Shown: positions 27,692-41,024 of the stretch, one piece after another
Position numbering within the stretch: position 1 is the stretch's first letter
Layout: every line of letters starts with the position of its first letter
Source: Tubiluchus corallicola
Lineage: Eukaryota; Animalia; Priapulida
Reading direction: 5' to 3'
Assembly (NCBI GenBank): GCA_030141605.1
Contig: JAQGDQ010000603.1
Location: 1-64,000 of the forward strand
Length of the DNA: 64,000 bases
Translations under genes and position numbers: made by a program
The notes under the pieces: generated by a model
The model's input: only the letters and a program-made list of their open reading frames with translations
What the model was told of the DNA's origin: nothing
The model's database searches: none

Positions 27692-28050
27692 AGCGTATCA
27701 AGACTTTACGACGCCCTAAGTTAATACTTCTGTCCCGCTCATCTCTATTGTGAATTTGACGTTGCTTATGTAATGAGCAGATTACTCAATTACTTGTGGT
27801 GTATTACAAACACTGTTATCATTGTGGTCATTGGTCATTATGCTTGTTGTGCAACTGCTTGTTGTGCAATGCCCTGCACCTGTTCGTTATGTGGCACTTA
27901 TATGAAAGCTTCGTTCAGTAACTGCCTGTGGTGTGTTATAAAATGTGCCCTTTACATGAATATGAAAGTATACACATTTTCCGAGGAGAATAAGAATTTT
28001 TTCTATAATGTGACGCCCTCAAACTTTGGCGCCCTAGGTTATATGGTACG
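27692..28050 (+). repeat. interspersed repeat family 4, copy a
   Basis: CGTATCAAGACTTT..GACGCCCTA.. to TGACGCCCTCAAACTTTGG; matches 35843-36312. Confidence 0.78.
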
Positions 28051-28550
28051 GCATAATCATACGTAACCTCAGCACACAAGAACCGATCCCACCGCACATG
28101 AGTCAAGGCTAAATAAGTTATAAGTTTATTTATTTCCACTCTGTATCTAACAATTATAATAAAAATACAGATAATTTCACTGAAGTAAATATAAATATAA
28201 ATGCAGTATTATCCAGAAATTACAAAATGCAGCATATACATGTGCAAATTACATTACAGAGTAATTTTGATGCATACAGTTTGAGCATAAAAGCATTGCT
28301 TGACAGGTCAAACTGTACGCGGAAATCTTAAAGAAGTGATTAATAATTGAAATAATGAAATAATGATAATATATACATAAAAGAATATACATAAAATAAA
28401 ACTAGAATGGTGGCCAAAGAGTCCTGTATAAGAAGAAATCTGCTTGAAAAATCCCAATGTAAGTGGAATTTGAATCCAGAACCCGGGATCGGCAGGGAAG
28501 TTCATCTAACAATAATGATATTTCATGAATGCAACTGTCAAATATCTCAC

Positions 28551-28688
28551 CAAATTCACATGCGGATTTGGTTAATTCAGCCGTCTCATCGCTTCCGTCG
28601 CCGCAGTTGTCGTAACCATTACAGAGGATTTCAACATCGATGCAGCGAAAACGGTTCTCACACCTGTACTGCCCACCTGTACAATTTA
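28551..28688 (-). CDS. CUB-LDLa receptor A, exon 4/5: LDL-receptor class A repeat
   Basis: TTTCAG / GTGAGA, phase 1-1; VNCTGGQYRCENRFRCIDVEILCNGYDNCGDGSDETAELTKSACEF, with 6 Cys and the DCxDxSDE-type motif. Confidence 0.92.
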
Positions 28689-29452
28689 CTGAAACATCAA
28701 CAGAAGGTAAACATCACAATAAAACATAAACAAGGATTTCGTAATACATGTACTCATTTATTTAAAATAAGAGCATTACTAGCTGTTTAGTTGAAACCGA
28801 ATTAAGCTACCTAGTAATTCAATCTAAAATATGATGATATTTCATTAAATATTAAAATACAATAATGATGTCGTGAAGCTCACGATTTCTTTATCTTATT
28901 TTTATTAATTATTAGTTCTTAATTATGATCATTAGTCATATTATTACATTCTCTTGTTAAAACATTAAAAATCCCACACAAGAAATTTCAGCTATAAAAT
29001 GAGTCTATTTCTTTATATACAGTTTAAACTTTCATCCTTGAACTAGTATGCATTACATTTACCTCCATTGAATTGCTGGCTTCCTTGCTTCATGGAAAAA
29101 ACTTACCTGGGCAGTTGGCTTTCAGAGATCACTGAGTAAGCATGTGACTTAAACTGAGAGAGCAATGTATAGTGTTGTTAATGATTGATATAAATAAAGC
29201 TCACCTGTATTCTACTTGAATTCTACCTGTATTCTAGTGTCTTAGCAATTACCTTCAGAACTTCTTCATAAATGATATTTCATTGAAAGTACAACACTGT
29301 TTAAGTCATCAGTTTTCATCCTGCAGTTGTTCTTGTGTGAACATTTTTGTTTTCATGGGTCTCTTGTGTGAACATGACATTTATAAAAACTTAGTTACTG
29401 CAAATAGATGCTTTTCTTTATTTACAGGTTGCTAAAGTATTTTTCAGTTTAC

Positions 29453-29665
29453 CTTCTGTATAGGACGTGTATAGTGCTGTAAAGCCTTTTCTGTTGTTGT
29501 ACAAGGCGTAATCGCTTGGACTAACAAATTCCAATGTCATGTAACCACCAGTTGATGAAAAAACCCAGCCTGGTAAATAATTTCCACAAAGTCCACCAGA
29601 TGGGGACAGCTTACTGGTGTAAATGTCGGGCCCATCATAAACAGTTAGAAAATCTCGACAAACAC
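29453..29665 (-). CDS. CUB-LDLa receptor A, exon 3/5: C-terminal half of CUB domain
   Basis: TTATAG / GTAAAC, phase 1-1; CRDFLTVYDG..LCGNYLPG..SSTGGYMTLEFVS..KGFTALY is typical CUB. Confidence 0.92.
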
Positions 29666-29742
29666 CTATAAAAATCGTTGTAATGCATATCTGTATAATT
29701 GCAATGAAGTACTGTTTACCTGTCCAAGGCACAGTTGCTATA

Positions 29743-30177
29743 CAGTGTTCCCTCGCTACTTCGCGGTTCGTTTATCACGGACTCGCTGTTTCGCGGGTTT
29801 TCAAAAATATTAATGTGGAATATTTATTGCGGTATTTTCGCTGTTTCGCGGGTTTTTTGCACATGCGTAGTACGTATTGTACAGTAATGTATAGATTTGA
29901 TGAATTTTGCAAAAAACCACAAAATGTATAAAAATATATTAAAAATATTAATTCTAACATTAAAAGAATATTATAAATCATAAAAATTACCATTTACAGT
30001 AAATAGTGTATTTATTCGGTGGATGAATACGCACCAAAAACGAAATGTAGTATTGCGCCTGCTTGAGATGCCACTTGCTGACATGTGATTACTAAAATAA
30101 GTATAGCGTCCCTACTTCGCAGAAATTCACTTATCGCGGGTGGGCCTGGAACACCTGCGATAAGTGAGGGAACACTG
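29743..30177. mobile_element. Tigger/pogo-like MITE
   Basis: TA|CAGTGTTCCCTCGCT..AGTGAGGGAACACTG|TA. Confidence 0.85.
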
Positions 30178-30841
30178 TAATACCTTGAAAATTATAGCTG
30201 CGCTTATGCCAAATGAGAAATCATAACCTTGTGTGTTATTATTGTTATGTCATACAGCAAGCTGGGCACAATGCGAAATAGCGTATTTATCTCACTAATG
30301 CAAACTCTGTCATACTGTATGTTGAAACTTCGCCATCTTGATAACAAAAAGACAATGAGAAAAAAAACAATGTAAAATAGCAAATCCGGAAATGCGCTTT
30401 TGTTGGTTTGTTTTCTTTCTCTTTCTCTCCTTCTAACGTTCGTTTTCAGTGTTGCCAATGCCTACAACTCGTTACTTTGTACAAAAAATCACAAAAAAAA
30501 CATTAAAATTTTTTATTTTATGCATTTCTTATTTTATGGATTTTTCAAATTTTATTTTATGGATTTTTGGTCTTATTTTATGGATATCCATAATCTTGTG
30601 CAGCCTGTGTATACCGCTTACAATGCTTACATTATAAGCCAATACTTAAATAAACTTAGGAAACCTACTGACATTTATTCTAGGTAGTAAAAGTGAGCTA
30701 CTGTCTAAAGTTTTTTTAAAAGCATTCATTTTAATGAAATCTTGACCTCGTTAAAACGACTCTAAATTCACTTGACAGACCAGGAATCTGTATTGCAATC
30801 GACATTATTAATAAAGAAACTTGCGCGATGATTAAGCATAC

Positions 30842-31033
30842 CGATTTCATTTCCACTGATGTCCATAAACAGGAATTTCAAGGATATCCGTCTGTCGCTT
30901 GGCGCCTCTATTGTTATAGCGCAGCTCCAGTTTGTCGGATAATGTTCTCTTTGAGTCAGGGATATCAAACCATTCGAATGCTCCCCATATTTGGCATGAA
31001 TTCTCCTTTCGTAACAATATTCCGACATGTAAT
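30842..31033 (-). CDS. CUB-LDLa receptor A, exon 2/5: N-terminal half of CUB domain
   Basis: CCCCACAG / GTATGC, phase 1-1; YMSEYC..HYPTNWSCAITIEAPSDRRISLKFLFMDI. Confidence 0.9.
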
Positions 31034-32243
31034 CTGTGGGGGGAAAAAGTAAAATTAAGTGTCATAAACAGCTCTATAAACAAGTGACTTCAGGCCGTCA
31101 ATTAAAAAAACCAATTTTGTTTGATACACATTTTAGTTGCACAGAATTTGATGTAAATTTTGATTCAAATATTAAACATATAAAAGCATGTCGCAAATTT
31201 AGCTGTGCACAGCTTCTGAACCACAAAATGACTTAAACATTTTCATGTCATTTTCGAAGTCTAAATAAACTGACAAGCTTTAGAATTCAACAGGAAAAAA
31301 TGACAACAATATTATTATCATTAAATAACACAAATTACTTGTGTGTATGTACAGTACAAAAAGCAGGATTGCTGTGGAAATAAAATTTCACATCCATGTG
31401 TACAACCCGTAACCCACAAACTTCAGATGGATACCGTAATCATATTTACAGTCATAGGTGCCTATCCTGTTAAATGTAGCCTATTTTCTGAATACTGAAT
31501 TTAATGACCACAAGTACAGTTTGCTACTCCATTCTATTAGCTTGTGGTGAAGGATAAAACCTTTATTGTTGGTTATTATCGTAACACACAAGTCTATCAA
31601 ATACACAAACAAGTAGGTAGAGGGCGCAACCGTCATCAAAAACATTATTATCACTTTTCAGTTGAACATTGTCTTTCTCTACTCTTTTAGGTTTAAAATG
31701 CTAAACAGTAGTTGTTAATCAAAATTACTTGTGCCACTACAGCTGGAATTAAATCATATAATAGGAATTGATGGGTATCTACTGTGCAGTCTAATTCTGT
31801 ATATATCAACTGATATCCATCTTCACCACAACCTCCAAAGCCCAACCGTATCCAGCACGGCAGGGCCAGCTAATTAAACATGAACATTTGCTCAACGCAT
31901 AACCATACGTGGGTATTTGCTTGTACACAAACAAACAAACAACTGTCACTGTCACTGTGCACAGCAAACTTGCATGCGCGCGCGAAATACAGTAACTTAT
32001 GACTAATTTTCTGGAAAGCCTGAACTGGGTTTTATATCTATAATTTGTCATGACACAGATACCTATTACAATTTGGAAAACGTTCTCATAATTGGTAAAA
32101 ATTGCTATGTCATTGTAAAATTGTAGAACAGAAATTTGTGTCTTTGTAAAACCTCATTACGTCTTAGTTTATGTCGACTGACTCAACTTGTTGTCAGTCA
32201 AACTTAATGAAATATTAAACACGAAATTAAGGAAAAAACTCAC

Positions 32244-32337
32244 GATGATCCACAGCGTTAACTACGACGACGTTCCCTCTGAGATGAAATACAATTATCA
32301 TCAACAGACGAAGCCAAACATTCATGTACAACATCAT
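32244..32337 (-). CDS. CUB-LDLa receptor A, exon 1/5: signal peptide
   Basis: MMLYMNVWLRLLMIIVFHLRGNVVVVNAVDH followed by a GTGAGT donor in phase 1, matching the next acceptor. Joined CDS is 1269 nt (422 aa). Confidence 0.8.
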
Positions 32338-33237
32338 GGATAAACAGTTTTCAGATTCTGTTTATCAAACAGCGCCAAACTCAAAAACACAAGTTCGTGC
32401 AAGAATAGTGTCCGTACACGTTGTACCACGAATGGTAGCTAGTAATTAGTTACAACAAATGGGGTATACTGGGACTAGCGGGATTTAGGACAGTCAAACT
32501 CCATAGAAGGTGCGGTCAGTTTTAGAAACAGAGACCAATGTTGACAGATCAAGGTTGAGCACAAAATTTTTCGAAATTTCACTCCAAAGTCGTTTGCAAC
32601 ACAAACGCATGTTCAATAATAATCACAATTAGTAATAATGAATATTGAAAATTGCCCCGACTGAGTCCGAGTGTCACCGTTTCCATGACGGGTCTCATTT
32701 GACACCCGCTAACGTTATCAACGATGATATATTTTAGGTATCTTAGCAACCAGAGCAAACTGTAACGAGAACTGTTTGCGTGTGGTGACTCCAAATTAGT
32801 CCAGGACACTGTCCCACTGTCCCAGGATAGGCCTACAGAGATAGAGAGATCATCTAGTGGCGTCTAGTTTTAATTTTCAGAACGCAAAATTTTATAAACC
32901 AATATTAGAGTGAGCAAAGGGTAGATAGATAGACAGAATTATAGATTATTAATTATAATTAATAATTTTATTAAAATTGCACGAAAACATACACAAACAA
33001 CCTTGAAATAAGTTAAAACTTCCATTATTACATAGAATAGTAATGAAACAACTTACTAAATTATTGAAAAATAAACTACTCGTAGTGATTATAAATAATT
33101 TATTCATAATTTAATTACTCGATTAATCGATTTTTTTAATTCCATGAATTCGATACTTCATAAATGAAGACTTATATTTTGTCCAGTGACAAACATGACG
33201 AAACATACCATGAACGTATAGATTAATGGTATTATGA

Positions 33238-33393
33238 CACCACCACCACCACCACCACCACCACAACAACAACAACAAGAACAACGACAACAACAACAAC
33301 AACCACCATAACAGCAGCAACGACGACGACGACGACGACAACATCAACAACAGCAACAGCAACAACAAAAGCAGCAGCAGCAACAATAACAGC

Positions 33394-33449
<56 letters not shown>

Positions 33450-33560
33450 CGACAACAACGACAACAACGACAACAACGACAACAACAACAAGAACAACAG
33501 CAACAAGAACAACAACAAAAACAACAACAACAACAACAATATCAACAATAACAAGAATAA
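33238..33560. repeat. (CAC)n-(CAA)n mosaic microsatellite
   Basis: Seen directly. Confidence 0.95.
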
Positions 33561-34399
33561 TATTCTATTTTTAACATCATTCTAAAGATGAAAAAATCAC
33601 AGTGTAACATGTATGTAAGACTGTGTAACAACAGCCATTACCATGTAAAAAAGTTTGACGTTTTAACTGACAGGCAATCAGTAATGTTGTTTCGTACGCA
33701 GTTAACCTAAACAATGGATGTAATCCATTTTACTGGTTAACTACAATCGTCAAGTAATTGCTACTAATTCCGGAATAGTTCTATGTATTAGCACTAATCT
33801 CGATCACAAACGATCCGAAGTGAAAACTAAGTTGGATTAGTTATGTTATTATTAAAGTTTTACCTTTTTCGTATAAACCTGGGACCAGCAACCTATCTCT
33901 GGTAATATGCATTTAATAATAATGTGGGTTCAATTTGAAAGTAAATTTGAAACAAAACTTGCTTTTAAATGGTTTAATACGAGGGTGGCGCCTTTTCACT
34001 TTCTTTGCAAACCAAAAATGGCATAGCATAAGTTTTTGTAAGAAAATTGCAGAAAGATATGAAACATCTAAAATCATTCATCGAGTGTTAGGCCTACATC
34101 GAGAACTACATCATGTATAACATTTCTATCGCCGATATAATAAGCTTTTATTTACGCATGTTAGAGGTTGATAACTGTGTAGCAGACTATTCAGAAAGTT
34201 CCATAAGTAGACAAGAAAAAATTAATAGAGAGGTTTTTACATTAATCACAAAAAGGTTTATCAGTATTTGTGATGCTTTGGGAAATCACTGCTTCCTTTA
34301 TCGCGTTATAAAAAATCGCGAAAGAAAAGTGATAAAGTAGAGAAGAACTGGATTATTTTAGCTGTTTCACATAAAAATTATAGCCTAACACAATCTTAA

Positions 34400-34960
34400 A
34401 GGAAAACCGGATGATTATGTAAATATTGGTTCAGAATACATGTAAAAGTATGCTCAAAAATATTGAAAACTACAATAGCTTTTCTTTTTTTAATTCAAAG
34501 CTTAGATTAAATAATAATTACTTTGGATACTGAAATTTCGTTAAACTTACAAAGCTACGCGCGGCTCAGTGAATCTACTAAGATTGGGAACGGCGCCTTT
34601 TTGTCACGTGCGCGCGGCCGACAAATAGAAGGCGGTACCGTGATAACCATGATCATGAACTGCTATGTTAGTTTCATGACGTCACATGATCTAAAACGCA
34701 TTTTTCGTGACATCACGCGTTTAAGGAGTACTGTAACACTTGTACAACGTGTTTGGCGAGCAATGGAAGACGCCTGCAATTGCACAAAGTGTGGTTAGTT
34801 TCTGATGTAAGTAACAACTGTGCTCGGTTGCCGTTAATTAACTTTCTAAGCGAATTATTCAAATATAAGAAACTTATGCTAACTTCTTTAGGCAAGAAAA
34901 TGTGTGTTTTGTGCAGTAAATCAAAATGAGATTGAGTCTAAACAATCGTCCGTTCTTCCT
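34400..34960 (+). mobile_element. Kolobok/T2-like MITE family 1, copy b
   Basis: TTAA|AGGAAAACCGGA..TCCGTTCTTCCT|TTAA: TTAA TSD with AGG..CCT termini; same body as 2251-2789. Confidence 0.85.
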
Positions 34961-35656
34961 TTAATCTTAAATGGTATTTATCAAACAATCGGCTTGCATT
35001 TGGAAAAAGCTCCAGAGTCAGGCCCGATGGAGATTTGTACATAGAATTCAAGCATTATAGAGACATCATAATGAATTATGTGCCAGTAATCCAGTACAAA
35101 CAAAAGGTTCAAAGGTAACTGATACTAAACTTCTTCAACTAAGATCGCAAGTGGGTGACTGACATAACCAAACGTATCTGTCACGTGTCTTGTACCAAAA
35201 CGCACTGCATGGCACGGTAAACAAGCAGTACTTATTTGATCGTCCGAAAATGTTTCAATGTTGCTTTGCTCAAATGAGAACAATTTTATACGGTGACCCG
35301 CGACAGAAATTTCAGTGATTTAAGAAATCGTATGTGACAGTACTGCCACGAACAACTGATTCAAAAGTGACTGAAGGTTATAACAAGACAGTTCTGCAAT
35401 TCGTTTGTAGCGTATGCGGCGAAAGAATATACGATTTCGCCACACAGCAATTGTTATCTAAGAGTAGAAAAACGCTGCCGAAATTCTATAGCATTTGCGA
35501 ATCGTTTACTGTAAGCTAAATCGTGAGTGCTTTTTTGCATTCGTACTGTCCTCTATCCACGAGGAGTGACTAAATTTAGTTACATCGTAACTGAAAACGA
35601 TAATCAAGTTTTGTGGAATTCCGAAAGTTGAGATCGTCTTTGAGATTATATTTATT

Positions 35657-35750
35657 ATGCCTATCCGTAGATGCGAGCTCATAGCTGCCTTTTTGGCTGC
35701 TGCGATACTGTCAGGTGGCATTTCTAAACAATCAGAAGGCGAACAAAGAG
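35657..35750 (+). CDS. 3xCUB-LDLa receptor B, probable exon 1/11: signal peptide
   Basis: MPIRRCELIAAFLAAAILSGG hydrophobic leader. Phase-1 donor is either G|GTTCGA (35750) or G|GTGGCA (35714); both are weak, so the 3' boundary is uncertain. Confidence 0.55.
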
Positions 35751-35842
35751 GTTCGAACAATGATTTGTTTCTCTCAGAAGTATTCTAGCTGCATTCAGGT
35801 GACGTCGTTGTGATCTTGCCATTGTTATTAAGTCATCGGTGT

Positions 35843-36312
35843 CGTATCAAGACTTTCTGACGCCCTAGGCTGATAGTTCTGTCCCGCCCATCTCTGTTAT
35901 GAATTCATGGTTGCTTATGTAGTGCGCAGATTAAACAATTACTTGTGGTGTATTAGAAATACTATTAACCTAGTTTCGACGTGGTCGTTATTAATTACAT
36001 GTATTGGCATAGCGCTTCTATTTAAACAGGCTGCGGAACTGCTTGTTGTGTAATACCTTGCCCCTGTTCGTTATGTGGCACTTATATAAAAGTGACGCTG
36101 CTTGTCATATAATACGTTGCCCTGTTCGTTATGTGCCACTTATATAAAAGTGGCGCTCAGCAACTGCATGTTGTGTGTTGCAAAATTTTCCCTTTACATG
36201 AATATGAAAGTATACACAGTTTCCGAAGATAATAAGAATTGTTTCTAAAATGTGACGCCCTCAAACTTTGGCACCCTAGGCTATAGCATAGTTAGCCTAT
36301 TGGTTTATACGC
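35843..36312 (+). repeat. interspersed repeat family 4, copy b
   Basis: Collinear with 27692-28050, with a small internal duplication. Confidence 0.78.
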
Positions 36313-36970
36313 CATGGTCATCATCATTGTTATAAGTTAACTGTTGTAAGTAGTTAAGATAAGATAAGATAAGATGCCATGCGGTAATCTTACATCACTA
36401 ATTTCATCTAGCTCACCATTAAAATATACACTGCTTTAGATAGACGAAACAGTAACATAATCACACATGAACAAACATAATCATAAAATAAATGAAACAA
36501 TCACCTATCTCTTGTTCATAAGGTACATCATTATATTAAATTAAAATGACACCTGTAACAATAGCATTGATTGATTATCTTACAATAGGGTGCTGAGCTA
36601 GGTGTAAAAATTAAACGGGCAGCAAACGCAAAACCTAAAGGTAAATTATACATCACAGTAACTTTGAAACTGGCTATCGCTTGAAGTTAATGTTAACTTG
36701 TCTTACTGTACTTTGAATGGAAAAATCCAGACATTTATTAGTTTTGTTCATGTGCGATTATGTTACTGTTTCGTCTGTTTAAAGTAGTGTATATTTTAAC
36801 GCTGAGCTAAATAAAATTAGTGATGTAAGATTACCGCATGGCATCTTATCTTATCTTATATTGCCTTAACTACTCACAACAGTCAACTTATAACAATGAT
36901 GATGACCATGGCGTATTAACCAATAGGCTAACTATGCTATAGCCTAGGGTGCCAAAGTTTGAGGGCGTCA
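36253..36970. repeat. long inverted repeat: arms 36253-36475 and 36743-36970
   Basis: The two ~220-bp arms are reverse complements with scattered mismatches; ~270-bp spacer. Confidence 0.88.
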
Positions 36971-37377
36971 TACCCGCAAATAAGACTGTCATACCCGCAA
37001 ACTTCAATTTTGCAAAATTTGATGCAAGGGGTTGGGATGGGTCATTTGCAGTACACTTTGACATAAGGTTGTCTTTTTTTCTGTAAAAAGAGTATTGAAA
37101 TACCACAGACCTTACCAGCAATACCAGTAATTTTATTCAAAATATTCATGACATCATTAGTAAGGTTCTGGTTCCATAGTCACGAGGGTTGTGGGGATGT
37201 TGCTGCTAGCGATGGTTGTTTAGTTTTTTCCATTTCAAGTTTAAATTATTCCCCCATAAATTCATGTTAATAGCAGCACTAGAAATTTTTTACAATTTAC
37301 ACTAACCTGAAAAGGGTAGCTGACTTGATGACCAATTGGTCTTTCGCTACCCTTTCTCCTGCACCCCCCTAACTTTT

Positions 37378-37735
37378 CTATGTCTATGTCTATGTCTATG
37401 CCTATGCCTATGCCTATGCCTATGCCTATGCCTATGCCTATGCCTATGCCTATGCCTATGCCTATGCCTATGTCTATGCCTATGTCTATGTCTATGTCTA
37501 TGTCTATGTCTATGCCTATGCCTATGCCTATGCCTATGCCTTGCCTATGCCTATGCCTATGCCTATGCCTATGCCTATGCCTATGCCTATGCCTATGCCT
37601 ATGCCTATGCCTATGTCTATGCCTATGCCTATGCCTATGCCTATGCCTATGCCTATGCCTATGCCTATGCCTATGCCTATGCCTATGCCTATGCCTATGT
37701 CTATGTCTATGCCTATGTCTATGTCTATGTCTATG
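37378..37735. repeat. (CTATGC/CTATGT)n hexanucleotide microsatellite
   Basis: Seen directly. Confidence 0.97.
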
Positions 37736-37976
37736 TTTTGTTATTGCTGTCGTCGCCAGCGTCGGCACAGCTGTAGTTGCTGTTATGGCAGCTGTTGTGT
37801 TTGCTGCCCACTGGTAATTATTGTTGTCTGAAATCGTTGTTACGTTATAGCTGTCTTTGCTAGTCGTTAGACGCCAATATCTGAATGCCGTGAATTTGTG
37901 ATAGCTATCTATGACATTTTATTTTGGTACTCAAAAGGGATACCTATCGCTGTAGTGTAGCTAATCTCTTTTGTAG

Positions 37977-38163
37977 ATGTATGTGGCTCAAGTCCGTCAG
38001 TTCTGGCTCAGGGTACGGGTTGGGTATATCATCTCACGACGTCGAACACGATGAATGCAAATTTGGACTGTGCTCTTCTACTAGAAGCATGCGATAACTG
38101 TCACATTCGGCTCTACGTTGAGAAATTAGACCTACCAACATGTCATGGAGCCGAACCTTGCAG
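37977..38163 (+). CDS. receptor B exon 2: CUB1 N-half (Cys-rich)
   Basis: TTTTGTAG / GTAAAG, phase 1-2; DVCGSS..GWVYH..LDCALLLEACDNCHIRLYVEKLDLPTC. Confidence 0.8.
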
Positions 38164-39024
38164 GTAAAGAGAACGCTTGAAGTTATAAATGTTTTTACAA
38201 GATTATATGAAGACTTACTCAGTGCCAAAAAGTGTATTTTGCGTGCTCTATGTCCCAAACTTGACCCCTTCGATTTTGGGGGTGGTGAGGCTGAAGAAAA
38301 TCAAATTGTGAAATAGAGGGTTCCAACTTTGATGATTTTTTATAAATTGCTGTGAACTTACAAAGTAAATAGCAGATTGAGATTCAGACACAATTTATTT
38401 ATATTATATTATGTCCAAACATCATGAATTAGTACAATATCATTAATGATATTAATATCATCAATATCAATATGTATATATATATATATAGTATGTATAT
38501 TGTTACTATTATTATATAGTATAATATATTAATATTACAAGTGAAGCATGCTTATTATGAAATAAAATGAAATAAAACGAAGCAGTAGAATTGCAAGTAC
38601 TCAAATCAAACTGCAAAGCAACTCCAGAGACTGGTGTTCTTGCACTGATATAGTAATAACCAGTGACCTCAATTTAAAAAATCAATGTAATCGATAATTA
38701 ATATCAAAATGAATAGCAATTCGATAACGTCACAAGTACAAAGAAGATAGTTCAGATAAATATTCCACAATGAAGAAATTTTTTCTAGCTTTTTCAGCAG
38801 ATATCATCAGTCTATTAAAGAGCAAAACGTTGTGTTTTAATATAAAAAAAAATTGTTGTGGGATATTTGTGTCAGATGTGAGTTCTGCAAAGAGACTATT
38901 GATTTTACACTCTGCAAAGAAACTAATTTAGCCAAACAACTGCCAGCTTGTGCTGTAACGTTGCTGTTATACGTTAATAATGAATCTTTTGCAATTTGAA
39001 CATAAATCTAAATATTGTTTTTAG

Positions 39025-39194
39025 TTGTTCATTTTTGAGGATATTTGCTGAAAATGGGGAAAATGAAAAACTATGTGATTCGCTAGAGGAACCATACATT
39101 ATGCATGTATCATCCAACCTGGTGCAGATAATTTACTTTATCAATCAAGCAGCTGAATCTTCTGGTGACCTGCAGATCAAGTACGAAATCATAG
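39025..39194 (+). CDS. receptor B exon 3: CUB1 C-half
   Basis: TTTTTAG / GTATTG, phase 2-1 (complements exon 2); CSFLRIF..KLCD..SSNLVQIIY..LQIKYEII. Confidence 0.82.
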
Positions 39195-39900
39195 GTATTG
39201 CGACTTACTGCCTGAAATAGAATAGCATTATGGAGTTATTTTATCATTTTCACTACAAGATATATATATATATATAGTGTACTGCAGGGCTGTGATGAGA
39301 TGAAATGTAATACTGGCAGGGGAATACAGTAGACTTTTCATGTGTGCATGTGAACGTGGCTTTAACTAGCACAGACTCGTATTCTGACCTTGTGTCAGTT
39401 TTGACCTGAGCTTACAAAAAGGGAAGGTCTGCTGTAGACCCTTGTCAGTGGTCGTGTCTTTCATTGCAGCTCTGTTCACATTTCACAGGTTTGCCGCAAA
39501 CTCCGTTCTTCTAGGTAAGCTGTTTGTTCCTTATTGGGGGTGTGATATGTAGTAATAAATTGTCATTTCGACTCTGCTATTCGGGTTCTGTTTTGGGTTT
39601 GGTGTTGAAGGACTTAATTGGGATATGCCGCACGGTGTGGGCCGCGGTGCCATCCGTCCTGCCTCCGTTAAAAGAGGACAGCAGTCCAATATATATATAT
39701 AATCTTTATTTGCCATTAAAATACATTGATAGTCACTGATAAAAACTTTACAGAGATGATCAATCAGTGTTAGTTAATAAAAACTTACACTGCTAAAGGC
39801 AAATGCGTCAGTGCAATCTAAACTACTGTGCAGTAATGGAAAGTAACGACGAATAAAATCAAACATATTTACAACTATGCACAAAAAAAATATTTCTATA

Positions 39901-40643
39901 GTTTTACATGTCAAATGTAGACCTGCGTTAACTCAAATGTAGACTTAGGTATTTCAAATGTGTTAACAATGGTTTTCAAGAAATCTTATTAGGCTGAAAT
40001 AAAGCGTCTTCTTGCAGATATTAGAGAAAATCTTCTAATGCAGAATCACGGTTAGAGAATGGCAATATTAGCTCAGTTGGCAGAACAGTCTGTTAATATC
40101 ATAACGGCCGCAGATGCAGGCCATTTTGTAATTTGCACTTAAATGAGTTAATTACCGATTTATTCAAAGTGCCGCACTACATTTGACTTACGTAAGTCAC
40201 ATTTGAGTTACCAAAACACATTCGAAATTCCTATGTTTACATCTGACTTTCCTAAGTCACATTTGAACTTTCCTGTGTCTACATTTGACTTACCTAAGTC
40301 ACATTTGAGTTACCAAAACAGATTCGAAATTCCTATGCCTACATTTGACTTACCTAAGTCACATTTGAGTTACCAAAACACATTCGAAATTCCTATGCCT
40401 ACATTTGACTTACCTAAGTCACATTTGAGTTACCAAAACACATTCGAAATTCCTATGTCAACATTTGACTTACCTAAGTCACATTTGAGTTACCAAAACA
40501 CATTCGAAATTCCTATGCCTACATTTGACTTACCTAAGTCACATTTGAGTTACCAAAACACATTCGAAATTCCCATGTCTACATTTGACTTACCTAAGTC
40601 ACATTTGAACTTTCCCAGTGTCAACATTTGACGTGTAAAAACC
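39901..40643. mobile_element. MITE family 2, long copy with internal 60-bp tandem array (~40180-40620)
   Basis: Same TIRs as 13032-13400; unit ACATTTGACTTACCTAAGTCACATTTGAGTTACCAAAACACATTCGAAATTCCTATGCCT. Confidence 0.85.
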
Positions 40644-40848
40644 TATATTATTTACTAGGCACAAGAAATAAATATATACATTATATGCATGAGTAAATGT
40701 AAACAGTAAAATTATATAGTCAATCAATATGAAGGTTGTGCCCATCACTGTGTGTCATGGATGACAGCAAAGAACTAAATCCTCAAACAGATCCTGTCAT
40801 CCATCCAGTAATAGACACATAGACACACATATTTCTGCTCGGTTACAG

Positions 40849-41024
40849 ATGTGAGAAGAGTGATTGGCACCTCTGGTATGACCGGTTCATTCATGTCGCC
40901 GAATTTTCCTTCATCACCAGAAAACATTAACCATGGCAACTATACGGTGATAAACGACTATTCACAGGGAACCATACGACTTGTGTTTGATGATTTCCTC
41001 ATCCCAGCTGAATCACAACTGAAG
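40849..41024 (+). CDS. receptor B exon 4: CUB2 N-half
   Basis: TTACAG / GTACAT, phase 1-0; GSFMSPNFP..IRLVFDDF. Confidence 0.88.

Noticed and set aside
37262-37831. Poly-HR/MP/CL ORFs (likewise those at 937-1270, 4555-4920, 9975-10571, 21984-22304, 33123-33554, 42941-43291)
   Set aside because: Translations of microsatellites.
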